Shown here in pieces: positions 10,380 to 23,789 of a stretch of 54,492 nt of DNA. A model generated the notes under the pieces. The model saw only the letters and a list, made by a program, of their open reading frames with translations, was not told the origin of the DNA and did no database searches. The stretch is taken from contig NC_068989.1 of assembly GCF_001194135.2 (NCBI RefSeq), forward strand, positions 37,265,933 through 37,320,424, written 5' to 3'. The stretch's first letter is position 1; each line of letters opens with the position of its first letter. The position numbers and the translations under genes were made by a program. The stretch comes from Octopus bimaculoides. Lineage: Eukaryota.

Positions 10380-10766
10380 GCAGCGAGCTGGCAGAATCGT
10401 TAGCACGTTCGGGAAGGGAAAAATGCTCTGCGGCGTTTAGTCCGCCATTACGTTTTGAGTTTAAATTCCACCGAAGTCGACTTTGCCTTTTGGGGGTCGA
10501 TAATGTTATGTCTCAAGCTACTGCTATCTAGCACCTTCGGATGATCTCTGCTCAACCGCTACACGACGGTTACTCAACTGTCAGTCAACTGTCAGTTCAC
10601 CCCTACCAGGGTCAGACTACCTCTATTTATATGTCTTGGTCAAGCCTACTTCTTCGCTTGGGGGCGTCGACACAACAGATAAAATATGTACCAGTTGAGG
10701 ACTGGGGTCGTGTAATCGATTTGGCCCTTTCCCGAACTAGCTGGCCTTGTGCCAAAATCTGAAATC
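10380..10766 (+). mobile_element. SINE family 1 copy interrupted by ~175 bp insertion
   Basis: Head GCGAGCTGGCAGAATCGTTAGCAC; tail GTACCAGTTGAGGACTGGGGTCG...CTTGTGCCAAAATCTGAA resumes at about 10683. Confidence 0.8.
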
Positions 10767-11172
10767 AATATTTTCCATAAGGAACATCTTGTGTTCTCCC
10801 TAACCAATTTTTTTCCTTTCTGAAATCCATTGAGCGCCACGATAAACATACAAATATATCCGCTCACTTAATTTTTTCTTTGTTCCTCTTCTTTTTCTTC
10901 CTTCATTCCTTTTTTCTTTACTCATAGATTATTCATTATATTTATTACAGTTTTATATAATATTTGAACATTCTACTTCTCTATTTTAGGTATTATTTTG
11001 AATTTTTCGTCTTTCAACTTAAACGTTTTCCGCGTTTGTTTAACAAATGGCTACGTGTATGTGTATGTATGCATATATTGTCACAACGTTTTTCACACTC
11101 TTTTGAGTGTTCATCGGAGATATTCTTAATATCTCTGCCCACAAAGAGAATTTACAACTAATGTCAGCTTAT

Positions 11173-11280
11173 ATAGGCGCAAGCATGTTAAGAAATTAGC
11201 TTCGCAACCACATGGTTTCGGGTTCAGACCTTCAGTGCTATAACCCCAGCAATCGGAAACTGAAAGAAATCTATCGTATA
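11173..11280 (+). mobile_element. tRNA-derived SINE head (family 2)
   Basis: GTTAAGAAATTAGCTTCGCAACCACATGGTTTCGGGTTCAG (B-box-like) ...GGAAACTGAAAGAA; homologous to the rc of 29160-29300. Confidence 0.65.
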
Positions 11281-11930
11281 NNNNNNNNNNNNNNNNNNNN
11301 NNNNNNNNNNNNNNNNNNNNNNNNNNNNNNNNNNNNNNNNNNNNNNNNNNNNNNNNNNNNNNNNNNNNNNNNNNNNNNNNNNNNNNNNNNNNNNNNNNNN
11401 NNNNNNNNNNNNNNNNNNNNNNNNNNNNNNNNNNNNNNNNNNNNNNNNNNNNNNNNNNNNNNNNNNNNNNNNNNNNNNNNNNNNNNNNNNNNNNNNNNNN
11501 NNNNNNNNNNNNNNNNNNNNNNNNNNNNNNNNNNNNNNNNNNNNNNNNNNNNNNNNNNNNNNNNNNNNNNNNNNNNNNNNNNNNNNNNNNNNNNNNNNNN
11601 NNNNNNNNNNNNNNNNNNNNNNNNNNNNNNNNNNNNNNNNNNNNNNNNNNNNNNNNNNNNNNNNNNNNNNNNNNNNNNNNNNNNNNNNNNNNNNNNNNNN
11701 NNNNNNNNNNNNNNNNNNNNNNNNNNNNNNNNNNNNNNNNNNNNNNNNNNNNNNNNNNNNNNNNNNNNNNNNNNNNNNNNNNNNNNNNNNNNNNNNNNNN
11801 NNNNNNNNNNNNNNNNNNNNNNNNNNNNNNNNNNNNNNNNNNNNNNNNNNNNNNNNNNNNNNNNNNNNNNNNNNNNNNNNNNNNNNNNNNNNNNNNNNNN
11901 NNNNNNNNNNNNNTGTGTGTGTGTGTGTGT

Positions 11931-13493
11931 GTTAAATAAAATGAGACAACAAAGCCAAAGCAGTGTGAAATTTCTAGGACATTTATAAAGAGAAATGTAG
12001 TCTTATAGCTGTTTCAGGGATATGAGGGATATCCATTCATGAGAGTTGATATGAAAGAGGTAAATAGAGGTAAATAGTAGAGTTCGATACAAGAAGTTAT
12101 TTCGGAAGGGGAGAGAATAAAAATAAAAGTATATGATGGATGTTACAGTTGTAGTTCTATTATCCAAGGAAAGTGCTGTGTAGAATGGGTAGAAAAGCTT
12201 CTTGTCTATAGTATGTAAATTCCGATACGAGGTCACATTTTATTACTGCAGATGGATAGTGTGGAGATATTAATTGCATGTGCTGTTCATTGAAAGGGAT
12301 CTTGAAGTGTGAATGAAATTCTGAGAAAGTATTGGTAGGGGTAAGTAGATAGAGAGAAGAGAATAGATATGTATAGTCGAAGGAGGAGAAAGGTATTGGT
12401 CAAAAGGAATAGGGGAGGAAAGAAGAAAGAAAGAGGAAGAGAAAGTGAAAAAAAGAGTGCTAGATGGTGGTCAAGATATTATGAGGGAGAGGAGAACTCT
12501 CAGTAGATAAAAGGAATTGGGGAGAGGTAGAAGGAAGAGATGAGAATGTAAGGAAGGAATATGTATGAGAAGTGGAAGGTGGTGTGATATGTTTGAAATG
12601 TACTAAAGTTGAGAGATAAGTAAAGAAAATGGTACGGGGGGGGGGTGCGTGTACTAAAATTGCGTAGTGACCCTCAAAAGGAAGGGGAGAATAATAAGAT
12701 AATAGTCAAGTTTCTAAAAATAGACGTATGCATTTATTGTACTAAAATAGAGGTAGATATTTATTGTACACAACGACATGCTAACCATCATAACAGTTAC
12801 AATAACGAAAGCTGATTACGTCATTTTCTCTAAACTAGAATGTATACTTTCCACGTTCATATTTGAATTTTTTGCTTTTCAATAATTTTTCTCTGATTTT
12901 ACTCATTCTAACAATCATAACAGACCATACATGCACTATACTGGAACCCCAGGAAAACCCAGATTAAGACAGCCTAAACCTAACACGCACATACATAACA
13001 GTAGGTCAAAAGCTAAAACAACTAACAATAACGGTCCATATAACCCCTTCTAATTTCTAAACAGATAGATTATACTACCCCTAAGCAATAAAAAAAAGTG
13101 GTGGACGCTCAATTCTATGGTATACACCTCCCTTCTCTTTAAATATTAAAAACTTAGCCAAATCTTTTTTAGTATACTAGATTCCAACTTCCCTCGTCAA
13201 CATAAATATTACTCTATCTTTAATAGATCTACTTTAAAGCTATCCTACTCCTACCAGACCAACTTTGAGTCTATCATAGAAGCCTCTAAAAGACAAAACT
13301 TTCTCTCTATTATCAAAATATACACCGAAACAACTCTGAATACACGAGTGCCCAACACATACATAGCTCCAAAATCAAACCCAAAACTTTAGACCATAAC
13401 GAAAACCCAACCAATCCTACTAACACTAACCAGAATACCAGTACCTCGACTTCCACCACAAATACAGAGAGGATAAATAATAACAAGGACAGA

Positions 13494-13574
<81 letters not shown>

Positions 13575-14234
13575 TACACAGACCAATCTACCCCCATGTA
13601 TAACCTCTCCCTTCACAGTATTACTTCCTCCATTACCGAGAATACTCCCCACAATCACTACCATTTTACTACCGTCCTGGGGCCATTTGTCCTCTAAAAA
13701 TCCGTTGCAGAAGATCTAACATAATTTACAAATGCATCGTCCTTAACACACTACACAATTCTACAACCATATATATCGGACCAACTATAATTTTAAACAG
13801 CGATGCGCTGCGCATCTAAAATCTCCCTACCTCCTCACCTCACCAATACTTTCTCAAAATTTCATTCACAGCACATGCAATTAATGTCTCCACACTATCC
13901 ATCTGTAACAATAAAATATGACCTCGTATCGGAATTTACCTACCATGGACAAGAAGCCTTTCTACCCATTCTACACAGCATTTTCCTTGGATAATGGAAC
14001 TACAACTGTAACATCCAACATACACTTTTATTTCTATTCTCTTATTTCCATTTATCCTTCCTATATATCTCCCCTTCCAAAATAACTTCTTATATTGAAC
14101 TCAACTATTTTTCTCTATTTAACTCTCTCATATCGCCTCTCATGTCCCAGAAACAGCTATAAGACTACCTTTCTCTTTATAAATGTCCTAGAAATTTCAC
14201 ACTGCTTTGGCTTTGTTGTCTTATTTTATTGAAC
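11931..14234 (+). mobile_element. Penelope-like (Neptune) 3' remnant with inverted pLTR copy
   Basis: 11931-12345 is an inverted copy of 13825-14234. Peptides RSILWYTPPFSLNIK...NFPRQHKYYSIFNRSTLKLSYS (about 13105-13260) and CPLKIRCRRSNIIYKCIV...IYIGPT (GIY-YIG, about 13680-13800). Confidence 0.8.
13496..13572. repeat. (TAA)n microsatellite
   Basis: Direct reading. Confidence 0.95.
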
Positions 14235-14310
14235 ATATACATGCTCACACACGACCTGCATTAGACTTCTCACTCACACTATTATTGAAACGGGAGTCTA
14301 ACTACGTTCC

Positions 14311-14370
<60 letters not shown>

Positions 14371-15360
14371 NNNNNNNNNNNNNNNNNNNNNNNNNNNNNN
14401 NNNNNNNNNNNNNNNNNNNNNNNNNNNNNNNNNNNNNNNNNNNNNNNNNNNNNNNNNNNNNNNNNNNNNNNNNNNNNNNNNNNNNNNNNNNNNNNNNNNN
14501 NNNNNNNNNNNNNNNNNNNNNNNNNNNNNNNNNNNNNNNNNNNNNNNNNNNNNNNNNNNNNNNNNNNNNNNNNNNNNNNNNNNNNNNNNNNNNNNNNNNN
14601 NNNNNNNNNNNNNNNNNNNNNNNNNNNNNNNNNNNNNNNNNNNNNNNNNNNNNNNNNNNNNNNNNNNNNNNNNNNNNNNNNNNNNNNNNNNNNNNNNNNN
14701 NNNNNNNNNNNNNNNNNNNNNNNNNNNNNNNNNNNNNNNNNNNNNNNNNNNNNNNNNNNNNNNNNNNNNNNNNNNNNNNNNNNNNNNNNNNNNNNNNNNN
14801 NNNNNNNNNNNNNNNNNNNNNNNNNNNNNNNNNNNNNNNNNNNNNNNNNNNNNNNNNNNNNNNNNNNNNNNNNNNNNNNNNNNNNNNNNNNNNNNNNNNN
14901 NNNNNNNNNNNNNNNNNNNNNNNNNNNNNNNNNNNNNNNNNNNNNNNNNNNNNNNNNNNNNNNNNNNNNNNNNNNNNNNNNNNNNNNNNNNNNNNNNNNN
15001 NNNNNNNNNNNNNNNNNNNNNNNNNNNNNNNNNNNNNNNNNNNNNNNNNNNNNNNNNNNNNNNNNNNTAGAAGATGGAATATACGAAAATATATTATTAA
15101 TCACAATCATTGTTTCGACACATATAGCATCGACTCCTTTTGTGGGACACAAAAACTGGTTCAGGAGTATCCGGTGGTGCAGATGTATCTCGTCGGGTGA
15201 TAAATAAATAAAAAATATCTTGTTAAAATGACTGTTCCACAATGCAACTTTCCGTTTTGTAGAGAGAAAAACAACCAGACGGAGGAAAATTCTTCATATA
15301 TATAGAAGATCCAAAAATAAAATTGCAGAAGACAAAAAGAGAAACGAACACTTAATCCAG

Positions 15361-15414
15361 CGAGAAAAGTATTGAAATAACCGTTAACCGATATGGATGT
15401 ATAAACGCCCTCGG
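15361..15414 (+). CDS. Candidate micro-exon
   Basis: TTAATCCAG acceptor and GTAAGC donor; EKSIEITVNRYGCINAL is the only open frame. Confidence 0.3.
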
Positions 15415-15620
15415 GTAAGCAGCATGACACGAGTACACACGTTCATACAAGCATTAGCAAAAATGTGAGCATATGCACACTCAAGGTTAGGCGCACTCAT
15501 AATTACAAAGCGAGTTAGATTTGTACTAGGTGTTTAGAAGAACGGGGAGGTTTAAAGTAAATTTAAGTCATCTATACCTTAAAGTAAAATAAAATAAAAT
15601 TACACTAAGTTAGCGGTTAC

Positions 15621-16330
15621 TCAAAATTCATTCTCACTGCATTGTACGAAAGTACATTTATATGCGTGTACGCATCTCGATAGTCTTTCAGAAATTCTAT
15701 TAAGTATCTTTTCGTTAGTCCACAGAATAGACAGGGATTCCTCGGAGCAGAGACGGCATCTCCTGGAAATTGCACTGTATGGTTTTGCATGTCTAACTAT
15801 GGACCGAGTAATGTAGTATTTCATATTACCCTCCTTCAGTCGCCATATAAAACCAGCCAAAGATGTCAAATGTTTCTTATTGATTGACCTAAAGCTGGCA
15901 GTATGATTACGATAATGATTCTTAAAGGAATCAGTCGTGTGCCCAATGTAAACAGGGCCATCCCCTTGTGTGCACGGTACATTTATATACAAGATTTGTA
16001 CTCATACAGAGATTCATCAGACATTTTTATTTATCCCTGCATGAGCCTTTATCGATTTTATTTGTACATAAAGCAGTACTGACTTCATTTACCGGCGTTG
16101 TTATCGTGCTAGCGTACCATGAGTATTTTTACTACTACAAATTGGTCGAAGTTGATGATTATCAATGCGGCTTACATCTCCTTGGTTGGCATTTAGATGT
16201 AAATGCTTGCTATATCCAGTAGGTGGGTTACTGAACCCTTGTCGCATTTTGCCATTGTCTATGCGATGCATAAGCTGCTCCAAATTAGCAGAGTTAGCGT
16301 AGGATACCTTCACGGTGTGCCAATTAAAAA
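15621..16330 (-). mobile_element. Penelope-like (Neptune) GIY-YIG endonuclease remnant
   Basis: VYIGHTTDSFKNHYRNHTASF...LTSLAGFIWRLK...AKPYSAISRRCRLCSEE...ILNRISE..SRCVH; upstream KVSYANSANLEQLMHRIDN. Confidence 0.85.
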
Positions 16331-16399
16331 TAGCATGGTACCGATTGGATTTAGGAAAACACTTGTTTATCCATGTTTATCTCATTCACTGTTTGCGAT

Positions 16400-17050
16400 G
16401 CTCTCTCTCTCACTCACACACAGATACGCAGATACACACACGCACGAACACACACGCACACACATACGTACATACACACACGCACACAGACACACACGCA
16501 TACACACACACACACATACACAAACACACACACACCTGGTTTGATTTCGTCCTAAACTCGCACAATTCGTTAATTTCCGTAATTTTTTTTTATTTATTTT
16601 CTTTTTGCACGCTGTGTTCAGCTCCATGTATTTGTAGTCAGTCACGCACGCACACGTGTGTTTTTATGTACGTTTGTATACATTTATGTACGTGTGTGTG
16701 TGTGGGCGTGTGTGTGTAAGTGAGTGAGTGAGTGAGTGAGTGAAGGACTGTGTTGTCATGTATACGTACATACATAAATACATATGCATACATCGTTTTT
16801 GTATATGTGTGCGCGTTTGTGAGAGAGAGTGACGTCTTAGTGGCATTCACTCACTCACTCTATCTCTCTCACGCGCACACATACATAAGAGAAAGATGTA
16901 TGCCTATTTATGTATGTATACATGACAACACACCTATTCACTCGCTCTCTCTCTCTCACCCCACCCCCACACACCTCCATTTCATCTGATATTTGATACT
17001 ATATGTGAATGTGTATATGTGTGCGTGTGTGTGCGTGTGTGCGTGCGTGC
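16400..17050. repeat. Mixed (CA)n/(TG)n/(GAGT)n low-complexity tract
   Basis: Direct reading. Confidence 0.85.
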
Positions 17051-17059
17051 TGCGTTCCA

Positions 17060-17362
17060 CAATCGCCAGAAAAAACAGAGGAATTTTATTCCTTGATACT
17101 CCTAGTGGCAAAGGTAAAACGTTTGTAACATTGCTTCCCTCCAAGGTAAGGTAACAAAAAAGAATTGCAGTTGCTGTACCATTGACTGGCTTTGCTGCCA
17201 TCCTTCTCCCAGGAGGACGAACAGCTCATTCTGCTTTTTAATTATCACTAAACCTGGTCACAAATGACAGTCCAATTTGTAACATAAGCAAAGATTCAGG
17301 TTCAGCAGAAGTGTTGTGCCAACACCACCTAATCATTTGGGATGAATGCACCAAGTCACAGT
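17060..17362 (+). mobile_element. Helitron PIF1-like helicase fragment
   Basis: GILFLDTPSGKGKTF (Walker A) ...GFAAILLPGGRTAHSAF...CNISKDSGSAEVL...LIIWDECT (Walker B), with stops and a frameshift. Confidence 0.88.
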
Positions 17363-17472
17363 CCATGCATCTCATTTCAAGAAGGTCTTCTTTCCTCCTT
17401 GTAATGTGTCTTGATAGTTCCTATCCACATTGCATCCCTTTTATGCACTACATTGTTTCCCCATAATCCGAA

Positions 17473-17542
<70 letters not shown>

Positions 17543-17688
17543 TTGTACTATGAATTCAGAATTGATTTGCTAATTAAAGAATAAATTGAATTTAGAATAA
17601 CAAACATCTATACAACATAATTTGCTTTTTTCTTCCAGTATACAAAGAAAAAATTCATTCCCGGGTAATGCCGGGTGCCTCTGCTCGT

Positions 17689-17734
<46 letters not shown>

Positions 17735-17773
17735 GTACATACATGCATACACATACATACATGCATGCATACA

Positions 17774-17809
<36 letters not shown>

Positions 17810-18009
17810 TACATACATACATACATACATATATATATATGTGTGTGTGTGTATGTATGTATCATGAAGTTGCATTTTTATGCACTAGGAGGCCTAATTT
17901 TTTAAAGGGAAAGCAAAATGCGTGAGTGCAAGGAAGAAGGTAATGGTGTCCGTTGATAAAAATGTGTCCTGGAAGAAATACGTTTGGACGCTGTGGGAAG
18001 ACAAATATC

Positions 18010-19530
18010 TTAACGTCTGTGGCAAGGCTGGAAGGGAATTAACAATTTAAGTCGTATCTTCCTGCAAGGCTTTCTTGGTGGGCACATTGTGATGGGAAGT
18101 TGCTGTTGTTGTTTCTTCATGGTGGTGAGGAGAGTTTTATATGTCTGCATGGCAGCATTGAAAGCATTTTTAAATTGGAGAGACTGAAACATATAGGGAT
18201 CCCCGGCTTCCGCTTCCCTTGCAATTTCTTTGCTGTCCTTAAAATGTCAGACAGACATTCGATTGCCAAGCCCACCTCATCCTCCTCTTCCTCTGGATCT
18301 GGCGCTTTCTCCTCCTCCTACTGCGATGAGGGTTTGTCTTTTTATGTCTTTAAGAGCAGCATGTATGACTGACAGGCCCGTTGTGATCGTAAAGTTACGT
18401 CAGTATTCCTTTAACTTGAAATTCTCGTCTGAATCCACTGCGTCCACAAGGTGTTGGAGAGAGTACCGAGTGTACAGATCACGCCTTGATCCGTAGGCTA
18501 GATCAGGGAGGTAGTGTTGGCAGGGAGGAACTCGACTTGGATTCCCTGTGATTCAAACCCCAAAAGTGACCACCAGCATTATCCATAACGAGCAACACTT
18601 TGAATTTCATGCAAACATTTTGGACGTATTCCTTGGCTCGAGGGATGAAGCATTGATGGAACCAATTCAAAGTTAGACTTTTGTTAATTCAGGCTTGGGG
18701 TTGTGCATCCAGTGGACAGGCAGCAGGTATTCATTCTTACTTTTGAAGCCCCTCGGGTTCGCGGACTTGTAGATAAGTCCTGGTTTCATCATGGTGCCAG
18801 CAGTATTGCCACACGTAATTAGCATCACTTTGTCTTTCTGTGCCTAAACCCCTGGGCTCTGGCTTCGTCCTTCATGATGTACGCTTTGGAAGACATCTTC
18901 CGAACAAGCCAGTCTCGTCCATATTGAAAACCTGTTCCGACTCGTATCCCTTGTCCTCGATTATCTGCCTAAAGGTCTCGAGGTACTTCTTTGTCGGCTG
19001 ATGCTACCTCTCCATGCAGGGAAACACACCTCATTTTAGAACGTTCCCGGTTTGAAAATCGGGCTCCGGTCCTGTCAATGGTCTTGGTTGCGGTTCTTCG
19101 GTGCCTTCTTCTCCGTCTCCTCTGGCGAACTACAGGTATAATTTCCTCTCTGTCTCGCGGATGATGTTACCGCTCAAAAGGATGTTTTTCTTCATGTAGT
19201 CACTGATCCACGGTGCCAAGACAGATTCCATCCTGACAAAGTATTAATTTCCCTCTATCGTTATCTGTTTGGCACTTTTACAGATACTTACTGCTACGGT
19301 AGTTCTGATCGCCATCTTGTTCTTCTTTATGTATTGTACTGTGCTTTCGTTGACAACATAATAGCAACCTACTGCAGCATAACTTTTACTTTCCCGGAAC
19401 ATATCCATAAATTGTGTCTTCTCATGGAGCGTCATAATGTTTTTCTGGCACTCAAATTCACTGTCGGAAGCCTTAGAAGGTGTAAGGCGTTTGAACGGCA
19501 TCTTAAGTCTTTAATAACACGCTGCGAAAA
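18010..19530 (-). mobile_element. Tigger/pogo-type transposase remnant
   Basis: N-terminal HTH-psq-like IMTLHEKTQFMDMFRESKSYAAV; core EQVFNMDETGL, KPGLIYKSANPRGFK, KVLLVMDNAGGH; C-terminal SLQFKNAFNAAMQTYK...QLPITM. Confidence 0.88.
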
Positions 19531-20220
19531 ATACAGCACTCTACAAAATACTGGAGATAGCTACTGGACGCAGTCCCCCCCCCCCCCAAAAAAAAAACAA
19601 AACCCCTACAAAAAAACTTCATTTTATCTAATATCCGCATACCACCAATGGAAGATTGAGTAGAGATTTAAAGTAATCATGGTTTTGAAAAAAAATATTT
19701 AGTTTGTATTACCACTAAATACAGTAATCTATACTATAATAAGAGGGAGAGAAAGAAAGAAAGAGATAGACTAACAGAGAGTGGGAGAGAGAGAGAAAGA
19801 AAGAGGGACCAGCAAGTAACCTAATTTCAATGAGGCTATATTGGCTGACTACGTTAATTATCCTGTTGAAATAAGCTATGTGTATGATCAAATGTAGCGA
19901 TGATTTAAAAAAAAGTGTTGGTATAAAATTAACGTTTAGTCGTGTTGTATATATATTTGATCTGTCTTCGCTAGCCCAAGTAAAACTGGTGCGATACATG
20001 TTATATATATATATGACATATACCTTCACTACATCAAGAGGTTATTGTTATTGAGAGACAAATACAGTGAGAAAGGGAGAATGTGTATGTGTGAAATATA
20101 GATAGATGTTGCTATACTAATTAGCAAGCTTTAATTGAAAACAAATAAGAGATACAAGATACAGTGTACTTGTATCTAAAAAAAAAATCAAGCGACGTGA
20201 TGAGCGGCAATTCTGTTCAG

Positions 20221-20266
20221 AGCGGCCTTCAGCTACGAAGGGGTGTCCAGTAAACTGGCAAATACG
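20221..20266 (+). CDS. Candidate micro-exon
   Basis: TTCTGTTCAG acceptor and GTATAT donor; two open frames. Confidence 0.25.
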
Positions 20267-20271
20267 GTATA

Positions 20272-20632
20272 TTATTACCGCCGCTTTAGCGAAGGCGGAG
20301 GTATTGTTTGTTTGTTTGTTTGTCTGTGGACAAGATATCTCAAGAACTGATGGATGGATTCGGATGAAATTTTCAGAGATGTTTGGCCTCGTGAGTGGCA
20401 CGAACAGATTAGATTTGGGGATCTATCCAGTACCGGACAAGAGTTTTGGATTATTTTCCCGGTTTCTTTACTTAATTTTTGAGAGCGGTCGAGTTCATTT
20501 TTAGTATTCTCGTTTGTGAGAGCAGTTGAGTTTATTTCAGAGATTCTTATTTTAAAAATCATCTTCGGCTAATCGTTGAGAGGACGTTGGTATTGCCTTG
20601 GCGGAGATTTGCGTTCAATGAGTGCTCTTGTT
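20272..20632 (+). mobile_element. Non-autonomous Helentron/DINE-1-like element (HINE)
   Basis: TTATTACCGCCGCTTTAGCGAAGGCGGAGG start, internal (TTTG)n, subterminal CTTGGCGGAG complementary to the 5' motif, and TT-flanked ends. Confidence 0.65.
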
Positions 20633-20659
20633 ATTAATAATTTAGCCTTAAAAAGTGTG

Positions 20660-20813
20660 AAAAAGTCTATATTGCCATGAAAAAGAGCCAAAAAATATCG
20701 CGGACGATATTTACGATTCCGCGAATACGCGGTGGTTTCCGCGAACAATTATTAGTTCCGTGAATTATCGGGACCGAGAATGCCGAACTGCGAATAAGCG
20801 GGGGTACACTGTA
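20660..20813. mobile_element. Tigger-type MITE end fragment
   Basis: Ends GCGAATAAGCGGGGGTACACTG-TA, a pogo/Tigger-like TIR plus TA. Confidence 0.55.
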
Positions 20814-20814
20814 T

Positions 20815-21075
20815 ATGGAACTCTCCTCCGTAATTCTGGGTTGGAGATCGAGTAGAGTGAGAGGGTTCCAAACTCGTGTGCGGGTGTTTGATTTCAAATT
20901 TTATGTGCTTGTCGACCTTGTTGAATCTCTGGTCATATGCCGATAGCCTCTTTTCGGAAGGAAGTAAGCTTTAGGATGTCGTCAACAAATCTAGAGACAA
21001 AGACAAAGGAGTGACAGGTGCTAAGCACTATGCGCTCCAGTTGCTCCATGGCCAGCAGGTCTGAGACCATTGTGT
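20815..21075 (-). mobile_element. Penelope-like RT catalytic fragment
   Basis: LAMEQLERIVLS...SRFVDDIL...FNKVDKHIKFEIKHP...LLD. Confidence 0.75.
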
Positions 21076-22547
21076 ACTCGATGGCCAGCAGGTCTGAGAC
21101 CGTTTTGTTGGAAGTGTGTATTACAGATCATGATGTTTAATGTATAAAAATTGATTGCTCTTGGCTAACACCGCCACAAGACTTGACAGAGTGAAAGGCC
21201 AACAATAATTCCAAGCTTTGTACATTAACGGAATGTATAACTTTAGTTCCACTGTACGAATTCCTAGCCATAAACAGTACAAAAATATAATAATGAAAGT
21301 AGATGTTAATATCAAGTGCAGACAATACAATCAGTTCACTGATGCGACTGATCATATTATTTCCTGCTACTTAGTCCTTTAAAAATCCGAGTATCTTCAG
21401 AAGCTCGATGGAGTTGGCAGCTATCGATATACTGTGCAATATGCCAATACTTCGATGCAAAAACGGTTGAGGCTGTGAAGAACCTGAACCAATGAACGGT
21501 ACCTGACGACAACCTCTTCTCTATCATTTGGGAGATGCGAGACCAAACTGACAAAGAAGCCAAAGAGATGTCGGTTGAAGTGCCTATCTGTTTTAGCTAA
21601 TCAATCATTCTTAATTGAAAGCTTTTATTCTCCGTAACTTCAACCCTATTCAAATATAAAACTGCTAAATTGAACAAGTAGTAACGTCTTCCACTCATAA
21701 AAAATTTGTGTTGCTTCTCTTCAAAGACAACTTTGGCTTTGAACCACTTTGATTCTAGTTCCACGTTTTCTTGTAGCAATTGGATGCGCAACAATGGACT
21801 GAGTGGCACAAAGAAATTTGTATTCTTTGGTTTTAAAGCTGTTGATATGCTTCAGATTCTATGTTTCTCTAATGCTACAACGAAGTGCTTCTGTTCAGAG
21901 ACAACTAACTTCCGCCAAAATCTCCACTTGAATATTCTTAGATCCCAGGAGATATCCTTTTTATTTGAAAATATTTTCATAACAGCACTGATTTCAAGAA
22001 AGGATGGTGGCTCTTCTTAGGGTGGTGGGTGACTTCACAAAATGCCTTTACAATTGCAGGAATCACTGGTTGTAAAGTTCCCGAACATTTGACCGTTACC
22101 ATGGAACACTGCAAGGAACATAAACTATCTTTATTACATCATAAAAGTTGTATATGACATGTCACAGCATGCATCTGAATTTATGGAACTTTTGATTTGA
22201 GATCCATCATTCGGAGTACAAAGAATAAATTGAGCCTCGTTTTGAAGGAATCACAATTGTACGTTTTTTTTACTGTGTTTTATTGAATAACGGTACAAAA
22301 CTACTCCTTGGGACGATTGTGAATAGCTTTCAGGGCTGTTGATTTGCTGGATTTCTGATCTAACTAGTTTCAATGATTTTTTCCATTATACCTCACTGTT
22401 TAGGCAGGGGCATCATACAGTGTGGACCTAAGGAGGACCGTTTTTATGCAAACCAGCCTCCAAGATAGTGACTGTTTCTGAAGCTTTCAGGTTTAAGGAT
22501 AGAGGTTGACGTGTCCTTATATTATTGGAACTGTGGAAGTTGTAGAA

Positions 22548-23779
22548 TCAGGTCATTAAGAATGAAATGTCCGAATTTGAACTGAAAGTTTATTTTACTT
22601 TATCTCCACAAAAAGCAAAGCAGTTAATCAAAGTATGCATCTAAATTATCAACACAATCTTGCCTTTTTATTGGTAGCTTATTTATGTCGGCAGTGAAAC
22701 ATTCTGGAGAGCAAGAGGTGATGAAATCACAAAAGAATGTTTTTGCATCTTCTTCAGATCTAAATTTTTTTCATTACAAAAGATTGTCTAATGCCTAGAA
22801 AACGTAATAGTTAGTTGGTGCAAGGACTGGTAAATATGGTGGATGATAAAGTACTTCCAATTTCATTCCTGTAATTTGAGTAGCGTTCTTTGTGCAACAT
22901 GTGATCGCGCATTGTCTTGCAAGAGAATTAGCCTGTCCCTATTGACCAATCTCGGTTGTTTAATTGCAAGTTCACTCATCATCTCATCCAATTGGTTGAT
23001 GTATACATCCACTGTAATTGACTTACCAGGTCTCATGAAGCTGTAGTGGATGACACCAGCGCTGGGCCACCAAACAGACACCATTAGCTTTTTTTGGTAA
23101 ATATTCTATTTTGGATTGTGTTTTGGCACTTAGTCTCTATCCGACCACGCTTGTTATTGTTGAAAAGAATCCATTTTCTATCACACGTAAAAATACGATG
23201 CAAAAATGGTTCGCTTTTATGTCGTGATAGCTAAGAACAGCAAGTTCCAAGACGATGTGTCATTTGATGCTCGTTCAGTTCTTTACCTTGCGGATTTGTT
23301 TCATATGGTCCAATACAGTTGGAATCGAAACATCAAACCTTGCTGCTAACTCATGCGTAGTTTGAGATGTATCCGCTTCCACTACAGTTTCCAGTTCATC
23401 ATTGTCCATCATGGTCTCAGGTCTACCATGGGCTGATTTTCAAGAGTAGAGCCACCAGACCAGAACTTCTCAAACCATCGACGTACAGTGCACTCATTCG
23501 CCATATCTTCACCAAACACCTCGTTGATGTTTTGAGCTGTCTAGGATGCATTGGTTCCACAACAGAACTCATATTCATAAGCAACACAAATTTTTGATCT
23601 ATCCATGGGGTCACAAAAACTAATTTACAAGAGAAAACTCACAATATAATCAGACACCATGAATTGCATTTCGAAAAGAGATAATGTAAAACAAAAAATT
23701 GTCAGGATAAAACATTAGCGTTAACGTCTGTAAAATTTGGTGCATAAGAAAATCGTACATTTCATTTTTAGTGATCTAA
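22548..23779 (-). mobile_element. mariner (Mos1-like) full-length decayed copy
   Basis: TIRs TCAGGTCATTAAGAATGAAATGTCC / rc TTAGATCACTAAAAATGAAATGTAC. Peptides MVSVWWPSAGVIHY, LLQDNARSH, HPPYLPVLAPTNYYVF. Confidence 0.9.
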
Positions 23780-23789
23780 TAATTGAATC

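Noticed and set aside
1780-15242. Long ORFs containing X runs
   Set aside because: Artefacts of N gaps plus flanking (TA)n/(CA)n.
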